This document shows, piece by piece, positions 20,185 through 29,713 of a stretch of 64,000 bases of DNA. The stretch spans positions 320,001 to 384,000 of the forward strand of contig JBMFRC010000001.1 in NCBI GenBank assembly GCA_049968235.1, read 5' to 3'. Position 1 is the first letter of the stretch, and the number at the start of each line of letters is the position of its first letter. The translations under genes were made by a program, and so were the position numbers. The stretch comes from Candidatus Hydrogenedens sp. (GTDB lineage: Bacteria > Hydrogenedentota > Hydrogenedentia > Hydrogenedentales > Hydrogenedentaceae). The notes below the pieces were generated by a model. The model was not told the origin of the DNA, did not search any database, and saw nothing but the letters and a program-made list of their open reading frames with translations.

Positions 20185-23100
20185 GTTCGAAAGGTCTGAC
20201 TTGTCCAACGGGTGTTCTCTCCTTCGCATACCACTCATAGCAAGTAATAACATGCCCATCAACACAAAATCCAATAGATATTTTAACCAATTGTCTCCAT
20301 CCCTGGATTTATGATTACACCCACAAATTCCAGTATTTTGCCCCTCTCCTTCCCCTTCTCGAGTGCCCTCAACATTCCCTTCCACTATTCCTTCCGGATT
20401 ACCTTCTTGAGTTCCTTCCAGAGTTCCTTCACTAACTACTATACCTGCTTCTGCTTTATCAATATATCCATCCTTATTGGTATCAGCACTATCAAAAGTA
20501 TCTCGGGACAGGGTGGAATATCGTGCCACTGCTTCTTCATAGGAAACTTTCCCATCCTTATTCGTATCCACCAAATCAAAATTTGTTTTTAGGTCATTTA
20601 TGAATTGCTCTACCCCGGTTATGGTAATAGAAGCACCTTTTGCATTAATTACTCCATACCAACTCAGGTCATCTCCAAATTCCCCCTTTATTTTTACTTC
20701 GCGTATTTGAATGTTTATTTTCTTTGATGTCATCGTTGTGGGTTTAAACTTTATTTGTATAATTCGTCCTTTTTCTTTTGTTGTAATGGGTTTTTCGCTA
20801 CTTATTGAAACTTTCAAATAACCCTCACCGACTTCTGTATCCTTCTTAAAGTTGCTGGCAATATCTGCCATGTTTAATCCGTAGAAATTTATACCTTCAT
20901 CATAGGTTAAGAGCAAATCCATTCCCGCAACACCTAATAATGAACTTAATTCTATACCTGTGCGATATTCATTGTTTGAGTCCGGTGTTAGGTTATCTAC
21001 AACAATTTCCACCGTACGATTATTTTCCGTTTCTAACAAGGCTTTTTCCCCAATCACGGTTGAACTCGGATTGATTGGAAGCCCTGCCAATTTACGCAGT
21101 AGTAACGACACATCCGCACAATCTAAAATTCCATCTCCATTAAAATCACCTCTCCGTTTATCACATTCCAAATCAACAATACCTGCTTTGCGAACAATCT
21201 TGCGCAGGAACACAATCGTATCAGACATACCAATGTAACCATCAGTATCCATATCTCCATAGATGCAACGACTACTAATACAATTCGTATCTGGGTTTTC
21301 TTCCAATACATTGAGTTGTCCATGAACCAATTCTACTGGCAATTCCTTCTGCTGGGTATCTTTAATAATAACCTTCTGCAATTTCAGGTCTGTATCCTGA
21401 GCACAACTTCCTGCCACTGTATTCTGTCGCACACGAAAAACCATATCAAAGAGGTGTCCTTCTCCATAAAGCACTTTCTTCTCATTATCAACTCTGGGTC
21501 CCGCATGGAATTTTATAACACCCTGTGTACGGGTATCCGAAACAACCTCAAGATTTCGTGTTACAACCGTTTTTTGAACCTCTACAAGTTCAAGCACTGT
21601 GTTGTTGTAACTCACATTAATATCAATCGTATAGGGTTCCAATCCCCGTACACTGTTTATATTTATCGGTATCTGAATTGTATCCCCACTTCCTTCTGGT
21701 ATCCAATCGATTGTAGGTATCCATACACGTAGCTTACCCGGTTCTGCTTTGACAGGCTCTGTAGGGTCGCTTTGTTGTTGATTGGTAGCAATAGCAATCA
21801 AACGATAATACCATGCCCGAGAGGTATCCACTTCGTTATCTGTGTAATTTGTACCTGTAATAATATTTGAGGAAACAGTAATCCACGGTCCGTTTCGTGT
21901 TTCGCTTCGTTCTAATTGGTATCCTGCAAGATTTCGCTCCACATTAGGCTCCCAGATAAGATAAACATGGTCTATCCCTGAAAAAACCTGCAATCCATGA
22001 GGGGTTGAAATCTTTGTCCCAGCAGGGTCAGGACCATTACTTACAATTAACTCAACCGTTGTTCCGTTCAATACGGAACTTCCTCCAACAGGAGATTGTC
22101 CCATTACAACATTTTGTGAAACGGTATCGCTATACTGCATTACTGTACGGGTCAGCAAACCCGTAGATTGGATTTGCCCTATTGCAGAAGTTATATTCTG
22201 CCCAATAACATCCGGTACCGTGATATATGTGTTTCCAGAACATTGTCCTGTTGAAACCCAAATTGTAACTTCCGCACCTCGATTTACTCCACTATAAGCA
22301 ATTGGTGATTGGCGTATTACCTGCCCCATGGCAACATAATTGTTACATTCCCGTTCCACCTTAACATGCAAATCCGCTATCTGTATTGCCTCATTCGCCT
22401 GCTGTTCGCTTCTCCCTACAACATCTGGAACCAATACACCCGGACATAATCCACTGGATACAGTTAACTGAATATAGGTTCGTGATGAAATTACATCTCC
22501 CGATGATGGGATTTGACTCAGGACATTTCCCTGTGCCACTGTGTTACTACAGTTATAAGTCGTACGGATTCTATTCAGTCCTACACCTTCAAGAGTGTTT
22601 TTTGCTTGTTGTTCTGTCATACCGACCACCCCCGGAATAGTTACGAAGATTTCTCCTTCTCCTGTTCCTTCGCCCTCTCCCTCTCCTATAAGGTCTACAA
22701 TCCATTTAAGTAATGGATAATCTGTCCCTTCATTTGCAACCCATATATTAACAAAATCCCAATCGTTGTATGTTGCTTGCTTATACATTTCTATTGTGGT
22801 TTTTCCTGTTCCACCATCGGAAAACGATGTCCCGGCAGATTGCACATCCCAATAACTGGACACTACTGTTCCTCCATCGTTATACCCAACAAGCCCACCA
22901 ACATATAGTTTCCCCGTAACATTGGCACTGCTATAACAATTACGAATATTTGTTTCAAAAGAATTCTCAGTATTCATTTGGTACCCAACCAATCCACCGA
23001 TAAACGAATTTCCGCCAACAAAGGAATCATAAACAAAACTATCTGTTATATTGCCACCATAATTTATCCCTACAAAACCACCCACTCCATAATCAGCTGT

Positions 23101-25416
23101 TTCGCCATTCACAAGTATTTCACCGGCAACACATCTTAATATTTTCCCCTTATTTCCACCGACGAATCCACCAATACTATCATCTTGGCTTATTCCCGAA
23201 ATATAACTTGCCAGGACACCACATTCCACAATTTCACACTCACTATCAACAACAACACCCGCTATAGCACCCACAAAATAATACCCTGTAAAACTACTTT
23301 CAACAATTATTAAATTTTGAATCTTTCCCGGAGAGGTTACAATCCCAAACAGAGCTGTATAATCCGCCTCAGAATTATCAATATAAAGGTTAGAAATAAT
23401 ATGGTTTTGCCCATTAAAATTACCTCTAAATGGTTTTTCCCATGTTCCTATGGGTCTAAACCCTTTCCCATTATTCCAGTTGACTGTATCACTTGCATCT
23501 ATATCTTGAGTCAAAATATATGAACCAAAAGGTGGATAATCCGGGTCATTCCCTATCTTTTGCAACTCCTCAATACTATCTATTTCAATAGTTGGACAGG
23601 GACCTTTGAAAACGAACAAATATACTTCGCTGTTCTGTATAACTTGTGCTCCACCTTCGGGTGATTGACCTATAACAGTACCCACCGGAGTAATTTCTTC
23701 ACCGCACCCATAATCGACAATTACATGGAAACCCATTTCTTGTAGAGTAGTAACAGCATTTGCTTCTGTCATTCCCATTACATCCGGCATGTTAACATAA
23801 ACACAGCGTCCTGTTGAAACAACAATATATACAGTGCTATCTATTTGCACAACATTTCCTGCAATGGGTTCCTGCTCTATAACAACCCCTTCAGGAATAT
23901 TGTCATCACAACGGTATAGGACATTGGCAGAGAGATTTTGTACCTGAACTGTATTTATAGCGGTAGTTTCATCCATCCCGATAACATCAGGTATTGTTAT
24001 AGAACAGGGTCCTCGTGAAATAAGCAAAGAAATCTCCACATCAGGTAATTCATTTGTGCCCGGTACGGGGTTTTGAGTTATCACTGCCCCAGAAGGAACT
24101 CCATCATGGCAATCATAATATGTAGTGATTGTACCCGTAAACCCGGAGGAACGAAGTAAATTTATAGCTTCTGTCCCATTCATTCCTACAACATTAGGTA
24201 GGGGGATGAAACACGGACCTGTGGACACAATAATGGAAACAGTACCATTAAGCTCAACCGATGCCCCTGCTCCGGGCTGTTGGTCCATAACTACCCCCGC
24301 AGGATATATATTGCTACAACTATAAGACACATCAGCAATCAATCCCAATCCATTTAACATATTAACTGCATTTTCTTCCATCATTCCTAACAAACTTGGA
24401 ACTTCCACCGTATGTTGTATATTTATAACCCATCTCAAATAGGGATAGTCTGTTCCCTCTTCTATACCCCATACATTCGTGAAATCCCAGCCTGCATAAG
24501 TCGCCTGTTGTTTCATTTCTCCCGTAGTTTTCCCTGTTCCACCATCAGAAAAGAACATTTGGGACACAGTCGTATCCCAATAACTGGATGTTACAGTCCC
24601 CCCATCATTAAATCCGATAAGTCCACCTATATACATGGTTCCTGCTACAGCCGAACTACTATAACAATTTGTAACTGTGCCAGTGCTTTTCTTTGAATTT
24701 TCGAGTATTCCAACCAGACCACCGACACCGTATGCTCCTGCTATTGAGGTGATATATGAAGATGAATACACACAACTATTTATAATAACTCCACCTGTAT
24801 TACGACCCACCAATCCACCCACTCCATATTGAGCATAACTATCATAAATTGTCGAATTAGAAACTACACATCTATCTATAACTCCATAATTTCCTCCTAC
24901 CAATCCACCAACACTATTATATATGCTTCCCATCCCTTCAATATCTGAAGAGGCAACTCCACATTCTCTGATTTCTCCCGCCATATTTAATCCAACCAAT
25001 CCCCCGATAAATAAAGAACCTGCGATATTGGAATTAAATAAAATAACATTGTGAACATTCCCGCCGGATATATTTCCAAACAAACCTGCAAATTCAGATT
25101 GTCTATTAATATAAAGATAGTAAATACCATAATTCTGACCATCAAAACTCCCTGTAAATGGATTATTCGTATCCCCTATCGGTTTAAATCCTCTGCCACT
25201 ATCCCAATTAATTGTATCGCTGGCATCTATATCCCGTGTTAATACATAATTCCCGTTAAGTGGATATTCAGGCTCATTCCCTATTCTCTGCAAATCTACA
25301 ATATTGCTTATAGGAATACCTTGTGCGGAAACCAAAATACACATGCAAAAAACAAAAATGGTCAATAGTGATAAAATATAGGTAGATTCTCTCGTAGACA
25401 TTTTACAATACCTCAA
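20173..25416 (-). CDS. Giant (1747 aa) secreted multidomain surface protein: signal peptide, 2 GLUG-motif modules, ~7 PASTA domains, FN3, cohesin-like, type-I dockerin, cohesin-like, EF-hand/dockerin-like pair, xEGxxEG repeat, C-terminal hydrophobic+RRR tail
   Basis: Signal peptide MSTRESTYILSLLTIFVFCMCILVSAQG. Repeated GGLVG (GLUG). PASTA pattern PxV[IV]GM..xxA...L...G....V repeated. Dockerin GDMDTDGYIGMSDTIVFLRKIV...GDFNGDGILDCADVSLLLRKLAG at 21101-21265. Tail GICGCNHKSRDGDNWLKYLLDFVLMGMLLLAMSGMRRRE. Confidence 0.8.
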   Translation of the reverse strand: MRYCKMSTRESTYILSLLTIFVFCMCILVSAQGIPISNIVDLQRIGNEPEYPLNGNYVLTRDIDASDTINWDSGRGFKPIGDTNNPFTGSFDGQNYGIYYLYINRQSEFAGLFGNISGGNVHNVILFNSNIAGSLFIGGLVGLNMAGEIRECGVASSDIEGMGSIYNSVGGLVGGNYGVIDRCVVSNSTIYDSYAQYGVGGLVGRNTGGVIINSCVYSSSYITSIAGAYGVGGLVGILENSKKSTGTVTNCYSSSAVAGTMYIGGLIGFNDGGTVTSSYWDTTVSQMFFSDGGTGKTTGEMKQQATYAGWDFTNVWGIEEGTDYPYLRWVINIQHTVEVPSLLGMMEENAVNMLNGLGLIADVSYSCSNIYPAGVVMDQQPGAGASVELNGTVSIIVSTGPCFIPLPNVVGMNGTEAINLLRSSGFTGTITTYYDCHDGVPSGAVITQNPVPGTNELPDVEISLLISRGPCSITIPDVIGMDETTAINTVQVQNLSANVLYRCDDNIPEGVVIEQEPIAGNVVQIDSTVYIVVSTGRCVYVNMPDVMGMTEANAVTTLQEMGFHVIVDYGCGEEITPVGTVIGQSPEGGAQVIQNSEVYLFVFKGPCPTIEIDSIEELQKIGNDPDYPPFGSYILTQDIDASDTVNWNNGKGFRPIGTWEKPFRGNFNGQNHIISNLYIDNSEADYTALFGIVTSPGKIQNLIIVESSFTGYYFVGAIAGVVVDSECEIVECGVLASYISGISQDDSIGGFVGGNKGKILRCVAGEILVNGETADYGVGGFVGINYGGNITDSFVYDSFVGGNSFIGGLVGYQMNTENSFETNIRNCYSSANVTGKLYVGGLVGYNDGGTVVSSYWDVQSAGTSFSDGGTGKTTIEMYKQATYNDWDFVNIWVANEGTDYPLLKWIVDLIGEGEGEGTGEGEIFVTIPGVVGMTEQQAKNTLEGVGLNRIRTTYNCSNTVAQGNVLSQIPSSGDVISSRTYIQLTVSSGLCPGVLVPDVVGRSEQQANEAIQIADLHVKVERECNNYVAMGQVIRQSPIAYSGVNRGAEVTIWVSTGQCSGNTYITVPDVIGQNITSAIGQIQSTGLLTRTVMQYSDTVSQNVVMGQSPVGGSSVLNGTTVELIVSNGPDPAGTKISTPHGLQVFSGIDHVYLIWEPNVERNLAGYQLERSETRNGPWITVSSNIITGTNYTDNEVDTSRAWYYRLIAIATNQQQSDPTEPVKAEPGKLRVWIPTIDWIPEGSGDTIQIPININSVRGLEPYTIDINVSYNNTVLELVEVQKTVVTRNLEVVSDTRTQGVIKFHAGPRVDNEKKVLYGEGHLFDMVFRVRQNTVAGSCAQDTDLKLQKVIIKDTQQKELPVELVHGQLNVLEENPDTNCISSRCIYGDMDTDGYIGMSDTIVFLRKIVRKAGIVDLECDKRRGDFNGDGILDCADVSLLLRKLAGLPINPSSTVIGEKALLETENNRTVEIVVDNLTPDSNNEYRTGIELSSLLGVAGMDLLLTYDEGINFYGLNMADIASNFKKDTEVGEGYLKVSISSEKPITTKEKGRIIQIKFKPTTMTSKKINIQIREVKIKGEFGDDLSWYGVINAKGASITITGVEQFINDLKTNFDLVDTNKDGKVSYEEAVARYSTLSRDTFDSADTNKDGYIDKAEAGIVVSEGTLEGTQEGNPEGIVEGNVEGTREGEGEGQNTGICGCNHKSRDGDNWLKYLLDFVLMGMLLLAMSGMRRREHPLDKSDLSNLRF

Positions 25417-25649
25417 ACCAATGGAGTGAATATTAATTTTTCTAAAATATATGATAACACATTTCTAAAATATATAATAATACATTAGAAAAAAAATAAA
25501 AAGGATGTCTTACTTATTATTTTTGAGTAGTACAAAATTATTCCCCTGCATCATGTAAGTCATAGAGGCCAAAAACTGACTTTTAAAATATTAATTAATA
25601 AAGAGTATACTAAATCCAAAATTATTATGGACAGGATGTTGTAAGTATT

Positions 25650-26135
25650 ATGTATCACATTCGCAAACCAAAATTATCAGAAGTTATACAATTAAAAACA
25701 TTAATAGATAATGCAGTTAGTAAAGACCTCGTTCTTCCGAGAACTTTAGAGGAACTGTACGAAAATGTTCGTGATTTCTATGTGTATGCAGATGAAAATG
25801 GTCTTGCTGGTTGCGTGTCTCTGCATATTGACATGGAAGACCTTGCAGAGGTAAGAACACTGATTGTTCGTGATGACCTACAGCGGAAAGGTATCGGAAG
25901 AATGTTATTGCACGCTGTTTTGAATGAAGCACGCGAATTGGGTATTCCCAGAGTCTATGTTCTAACACGGTGTCCCGAATTTTTTGAAAAACAGGGTTTT
26001 AAAAAAACCTTATTAGAACAACTTCCTTACAAAATACGAAAAGATTGTGTCCGTTGCCCCAAATATGGAATATCATGCGATGAAGTCCCCATGATTTTGC
26101 ATTTAAATGATAAGAAAAAAGAAAGTTCTCTATGA
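25650..26135 (+). CDS. GNAT family N-acetyltransferase (short N-acetylglutamate synthase-like)
   Basis: GNAT motif A region LQRKGIGRMLLHAVLNEARELG. 161 aa. ATGA overlap with proC. Confidence 0.55.
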   Translation: MYHIRKPKLSEVIQLKTLIDNAVSKDLVLPRTLEELYENVRDFYVYADENGLAGCVSLHIDMEDLAEVRTLIVRDDLQRKGIGRMLLHAVLNEARELGIPRVYVLTRCPEFFEKQGFKKTLLEQLPYKIRKDCVRCPKYGISCDEVPMILHLNDKKKESSL

Positions 26136-26971
26136 AAGGAGTATTTATGTCCTCCGATGAAATAAAAAATACTCATTTATCTCTTTTAGGTTTTGGAAAT
26201 ATGGGACAGGCAATTGTAAAAGGGTTATTGCGAAAAAATATCTTTTTACCTTCCCAGATATTTGTGTTCGACCCAGCAGATGATAAACAACAGGATGCAA
26301 AAAACATCCATCTTCAACTGGTTACCCATATAGAAGATTTGCTGAATAATTCAAAAATATTACTTGTTGCGGTAAAACCACAAATGATACAGTCAGCACT
26401 TCAACCATTGATAGCCTCAATAGGAAAAGAGGTATTAATCATTTCTATTGCTGCGGGCATATCTATCCACTATTACAAAAATCTATTGGGGAAATCAGAC
26501 CTCCGGATAGTCCGAACCATGCCAAATACACCTGCCCTGGTCGGAGAAGGAATTACCGCAATTAGTTTTAGCGAACAATGTTCGGAACAGGATAAAATCC
26601 TTGCTCAACGAATATTCCAATCTGTTGGGAAAACTGTTCTCGTTTCAGAGGAACAAATTGATATCGTTACCGCTGTAAGTGGAAGTGGACCTGCCTATTT
26701 CTTTTATTTGTGTGAATGTATGATAGAAGCAGGCAAATCTTTGGGGTTATCCGAAGAAATAGCACTATCTCTGGTTCGACAGACTTTTTATGGTTCTGCA
26801 TCACTTCTCATGAGTGGAGATGATTTGCCAGAGGTTCTCCGTGCTCGTGTAACTTCAAAAGGTGGAACTACAGAATCAGCCATAAAAACGATGGAAGGAA
26901 AAAATCTTAAATCTATTGTTATAGAAGCAATTCATTCCGCATACCATCGTGCCCGGGAACTTGGAAAATAA
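26132..26971 (+). CDS. proC: Pyrroline-5-carboxylate reductase
   Basis: LLGFGNMGQAI NADP-binding motif. P5CR C-terminal dimerisation region SGSGPAYFFYLCECMIEAG. Confidence 0.9.
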   Translation: MKGVFMSSDEIKNTHLSLLGFGNMGQAIVKGLLRKNIFLPSQIFVFDPADDKQQDAKNIHLQLVTHIEDLLNNSKILLVAVKPQMIQSALQPLIASIGKEVLIISIAAGISIHYYKNLLGKSDLRIVRTMPNTPALVGEGITAISFSEQCSEQDKILAQRIFQSVGKTVLVSEEQIDIVTAVSGSGPAYFFYLCECMIEAGKSLGLSEEIALSLVRQTFYGSASLLMSGDDLPEVLRARVTSKGGTTESAIKTMEGKNLKSIVIEAIHSAYHRARELGK

Positions 26972-27043
26972 TGTAGAGATAATAAGAAACGAGACGCTCA
27001 AGAATGATACAATTTATACAATAATCGTATTTGAGGTCAATCC

Positions 27044-27652
27044 ATGAGAAGAGACAAAGTCATATCGGAAGTATTGGGTGCCGAAACCATACTAACGCCC
27101 AGTGAGATTTACGCACAACGTTTCCCGAAAAGTTTTGTTGGAGGTTACTCGGTAGAATCAGTAGACGAATTCCTCCATCGTATAGCAGATACCATAGAAT
27201 TACTTCTGGACCGTATCCAGGAATTGAAAGAGAAAATTGATGAACAAACAAAACTGGTTGAATTTTATCGTCAGGAAGAGTCCGTTTTACGAAGTGCCTT
27301 AAATTCAGCCCAGAAATTAAATGAAGATATTATAGAAAGTGCTCAAAGACAAGCTGAATCTATCATAACAGAGGCTCAAACAAGGGCACAACAAATACCT
27401 CTTCGTCTGGAACAGGAAATACAACACCTGATACATCTACGGGATAGATTCCATCAAGAGGTTAAAACCGTCTTGCTCTCATTTCAATCTATGCTTTCCG
27501 AATATGAAGCCACAAAAATAAAAAATATATCCCCGGAAAATCGCGAAGTAATATTGGGCGAACTTCGCAAATCCCTTGACCAGGCACTATCGGTAGATTT
27601 TAACCTGGATTCATTAACCGAAGAAGAAGAACAAAATGACAACGCCGAATAA
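27044..27652 (+). CDS. divIVA: DivIVA domain cell-division protein
   Basis: LTPSEIYAQRFPKSFVGGYSVESVDEFL DivIVA N-domain followed by a coiled coil. Confidence 0.75.
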   Translation: MRRDKVISEVLGAETILTPSEIYAQRFPKSFVGGYSVESVDEFLHRIADTIELLLDRIQELKEKIDEQTKLVEFYRQEESVLRSALNSAQKLNEDIIESAQRQAESIITEAQTRAQQIPLRLEQEIQHLIHLRDRFHQEVKTVLLSFQSMLSEYEATKIKNISPENREVILGELRKSLDQALSVDFNLDSLTEEEEQNDNAE

Positions 27653-28505
27653 ATTATATATATTTTGTCTTTGCCTATCTTTATTTCTTGTCCTCTACCC
27701 ACGAACACTATACTGCCAGAACTCAGAAGAAGATAAGGAATTGGACGCATTCTTCAAAAAATATACAGAATCACGTGAAAAGATAGATGTTCTCGTTGCA
27801 ACTTTTCAACAGAAAAATATTTATCCCGACGAAATCTATACAACTGACGGCTCTCTCGTTTTTGTAAAACCCCAGAGAATGGTTTTTACTACAGATGAAC
27901 CGCAAAAATACACCGTGGTAGAAGAAAAACGAATCTACGAATATGAACCGGATATTAAACAAGTAACTATTTATGATTTGAAAGATTCCGCTGAAACCGA
28001 ATTGTTTTTCTTCGCATTTGCAGAAGACCTGAATACACTCCGCAAAAAATATCACGTCCTGCCAATTCGTCTATCGGATGAACGAGGAAAACATGGCATA
28101 TCTATCCGACCTTTTACAGATAAGGAAGAAGACAACCCATTTGAAGAAATTGTTTTATATCTGCAAGATGATACCTTTTTACCTTATCGTTTGCGGATTG
28201 TTAACGAAGGTAATGTCCAGACTATTGTCGATTTCGAACATATAAAGATTAATGAAAAAATTCGACTGGAAGAGACACAAATATACTTGCCCCCAGGAAC
28301 AAATATAATTGAAAATGACAAATTTAAAGAAACCGTTGCAGGTGAAGGCAAAAAAATTCCTGACCCCGCAAAATTAGACCCTAAATACATTGATACATCT
28401 CCCCCACCAACCGCAATTAAAAAAGAAGAAAATAAAATTCAGAATACTCCAGAAGAAATAAATAAAATAGAAATAAGAGACCTTGAACCTATAAAAAAAC
28501 AGTAA
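27636..28505 (+). CDS. LolA-like outer-membrane lipoprotein carrier/sorting family protein (secreted)
   Basis: Signal peptide. Size and beta-rich composition. Weak LolA-like similarity. C-terminal low-complexity tail. Confidence 0.4.
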   Translation: MTTPNKLYIFCLCLSLFLVLYPRTLYCQNSEEDKELDAFFKKYTESREKIDVLVATFQQKNIYPDEIYTTDGSLVFVKPQRMVFTTDEPQKYTVVEEKRIYEYEPDIKQVTIYDLKDSAETELFFFAFAEDLNTLRKKYHVLPIRLSDERGKHGISIRPFTDKEEDNPFEEIVLYLQDDTFLPYRLRIVNEGNVQTIVDFEHIKINEKIRLEETQIYLPPGTNIIENDKFKETVAGEGKKIPDPAKLDPKYIDTSPPPTAIKKEENKIQNTPEEINKIEIRDLEPIKKQ

Positions 28506-28522
28506 AATAGGGAACTGTTACT

Positions 28523-29143
28523 ATGGAAGATTGTAAACTCCCTCTTGTTCTTGCATCTGCATCACCTCGCCGTCATTCATTATTATCATCCATAGGTATT
28601 GATTTTGAAGTAATTGTTAGTTATGCAAAAGAAGTAGATGCGGGAGCGTCTCCTACCACATTGGTCGAGGAAAATGCCTGTGCCAAATGTGAGGAAGTTG
28701 CATCTCGCATAGCATATCCTGCAGTAATTATCTCTGCAGATACTCTTGTGTTTTGCGATGGTGAGGTCCTGAGTAAACCACAGGATATCAACGAAGCAAG
28801 AAATATGCTACATCGCCTTTCAGGAAACACACACCAGGTAATTACAGGAATTGCAGTGGCAAATACCGCCGATGGAAGAAAAGCGAGAGGCTCTGAAACA
28901 ACAGATGTTACCTTCCGTAATTTGAGTAATGAAGAAATAGAAACATTTATTCGCATCGTGAACCCTATTGACCGCGCAGGTGCTTATACCGTAGATGGTC
29001 CGGGAAGTTTACTCGTCTCTCGGTATGATGGCTGCTACTACAATGTATTAGGTTTACCTATTGTCCGTTTAGATAAACTACTTCGCAAAGTAGGGGTTGT
29101 ACTATTTCAACGAATTAATGCAGGAAAAGCAAAATTTTTATAA
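28523..29143 (+). CDS. maf: Maf family nucleoside triphosphate pyrophosphatase (septum formation protein)
   Basis: LVLASASPRR ... ADTLV ... Maf signature regions. Confidence 0.9.
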   Translation: MEDCKLPLVLASASPRRHSLLSSIGIDFEVIVSYAKEVDAGASPTTLVEENACAKCEEVASRIAYPAVIISADTLVFCDGEVLSKPQDINEARNMLHRLSGNTHQVITGIAVANTADGRKARGSETTDVTFRNLSNEEIETFIRIVNPIDRAGAYTVDGPGSLLVSRYDGCYYNVLGLPIVRLDKLLRKVGVVLFQRINAGKAKFL

Positions 29144-29713
29144 ACTTAAACCTGCCACACCTCCACAATTCAGTGTAATGAAAAACGAATTGAGAACCTA
29201 ACATGGGTGTTCCATCTATGTAAAACTACGATTCCATACTTATTTCCATCTCATATCATTCATTACTAAAAAAAACAAAAGCAAGAGATACCTGTAAATG
29301 TAAAAATACAGTAGAAGTGTTGATATAAGAAGTAACACAGGCAGTTCTTTCTGTCTGTATCATCACCGCATAGATTATCCACATGCAGAACTGTCCATAT
29401 TACATTCGTGCAAAAAATATCTCACCCCTGCATTAACCCGCCTACATGGCAAATGCATCTCTTCGTAGGGGCGGATAATTATTTGTCATGATATTTATTG
29501 CGGAATTTATGCATAAATATAAGATATTTGCAAGTGAGTTTATAATTTTTTACTCTATTATTTTTTGCACCTTCATAGTATTCTGGTATTTGAATAATAT
29601 TTAATTGTAGAGATACATTTCTTTTCTACTTTTTTACTATCTTTTTCTTTATGCCATCTCTTAATGCTTCATTTTATCATAAAATCTTTGTACATCCTTT
29701 AGATATTGAACAT

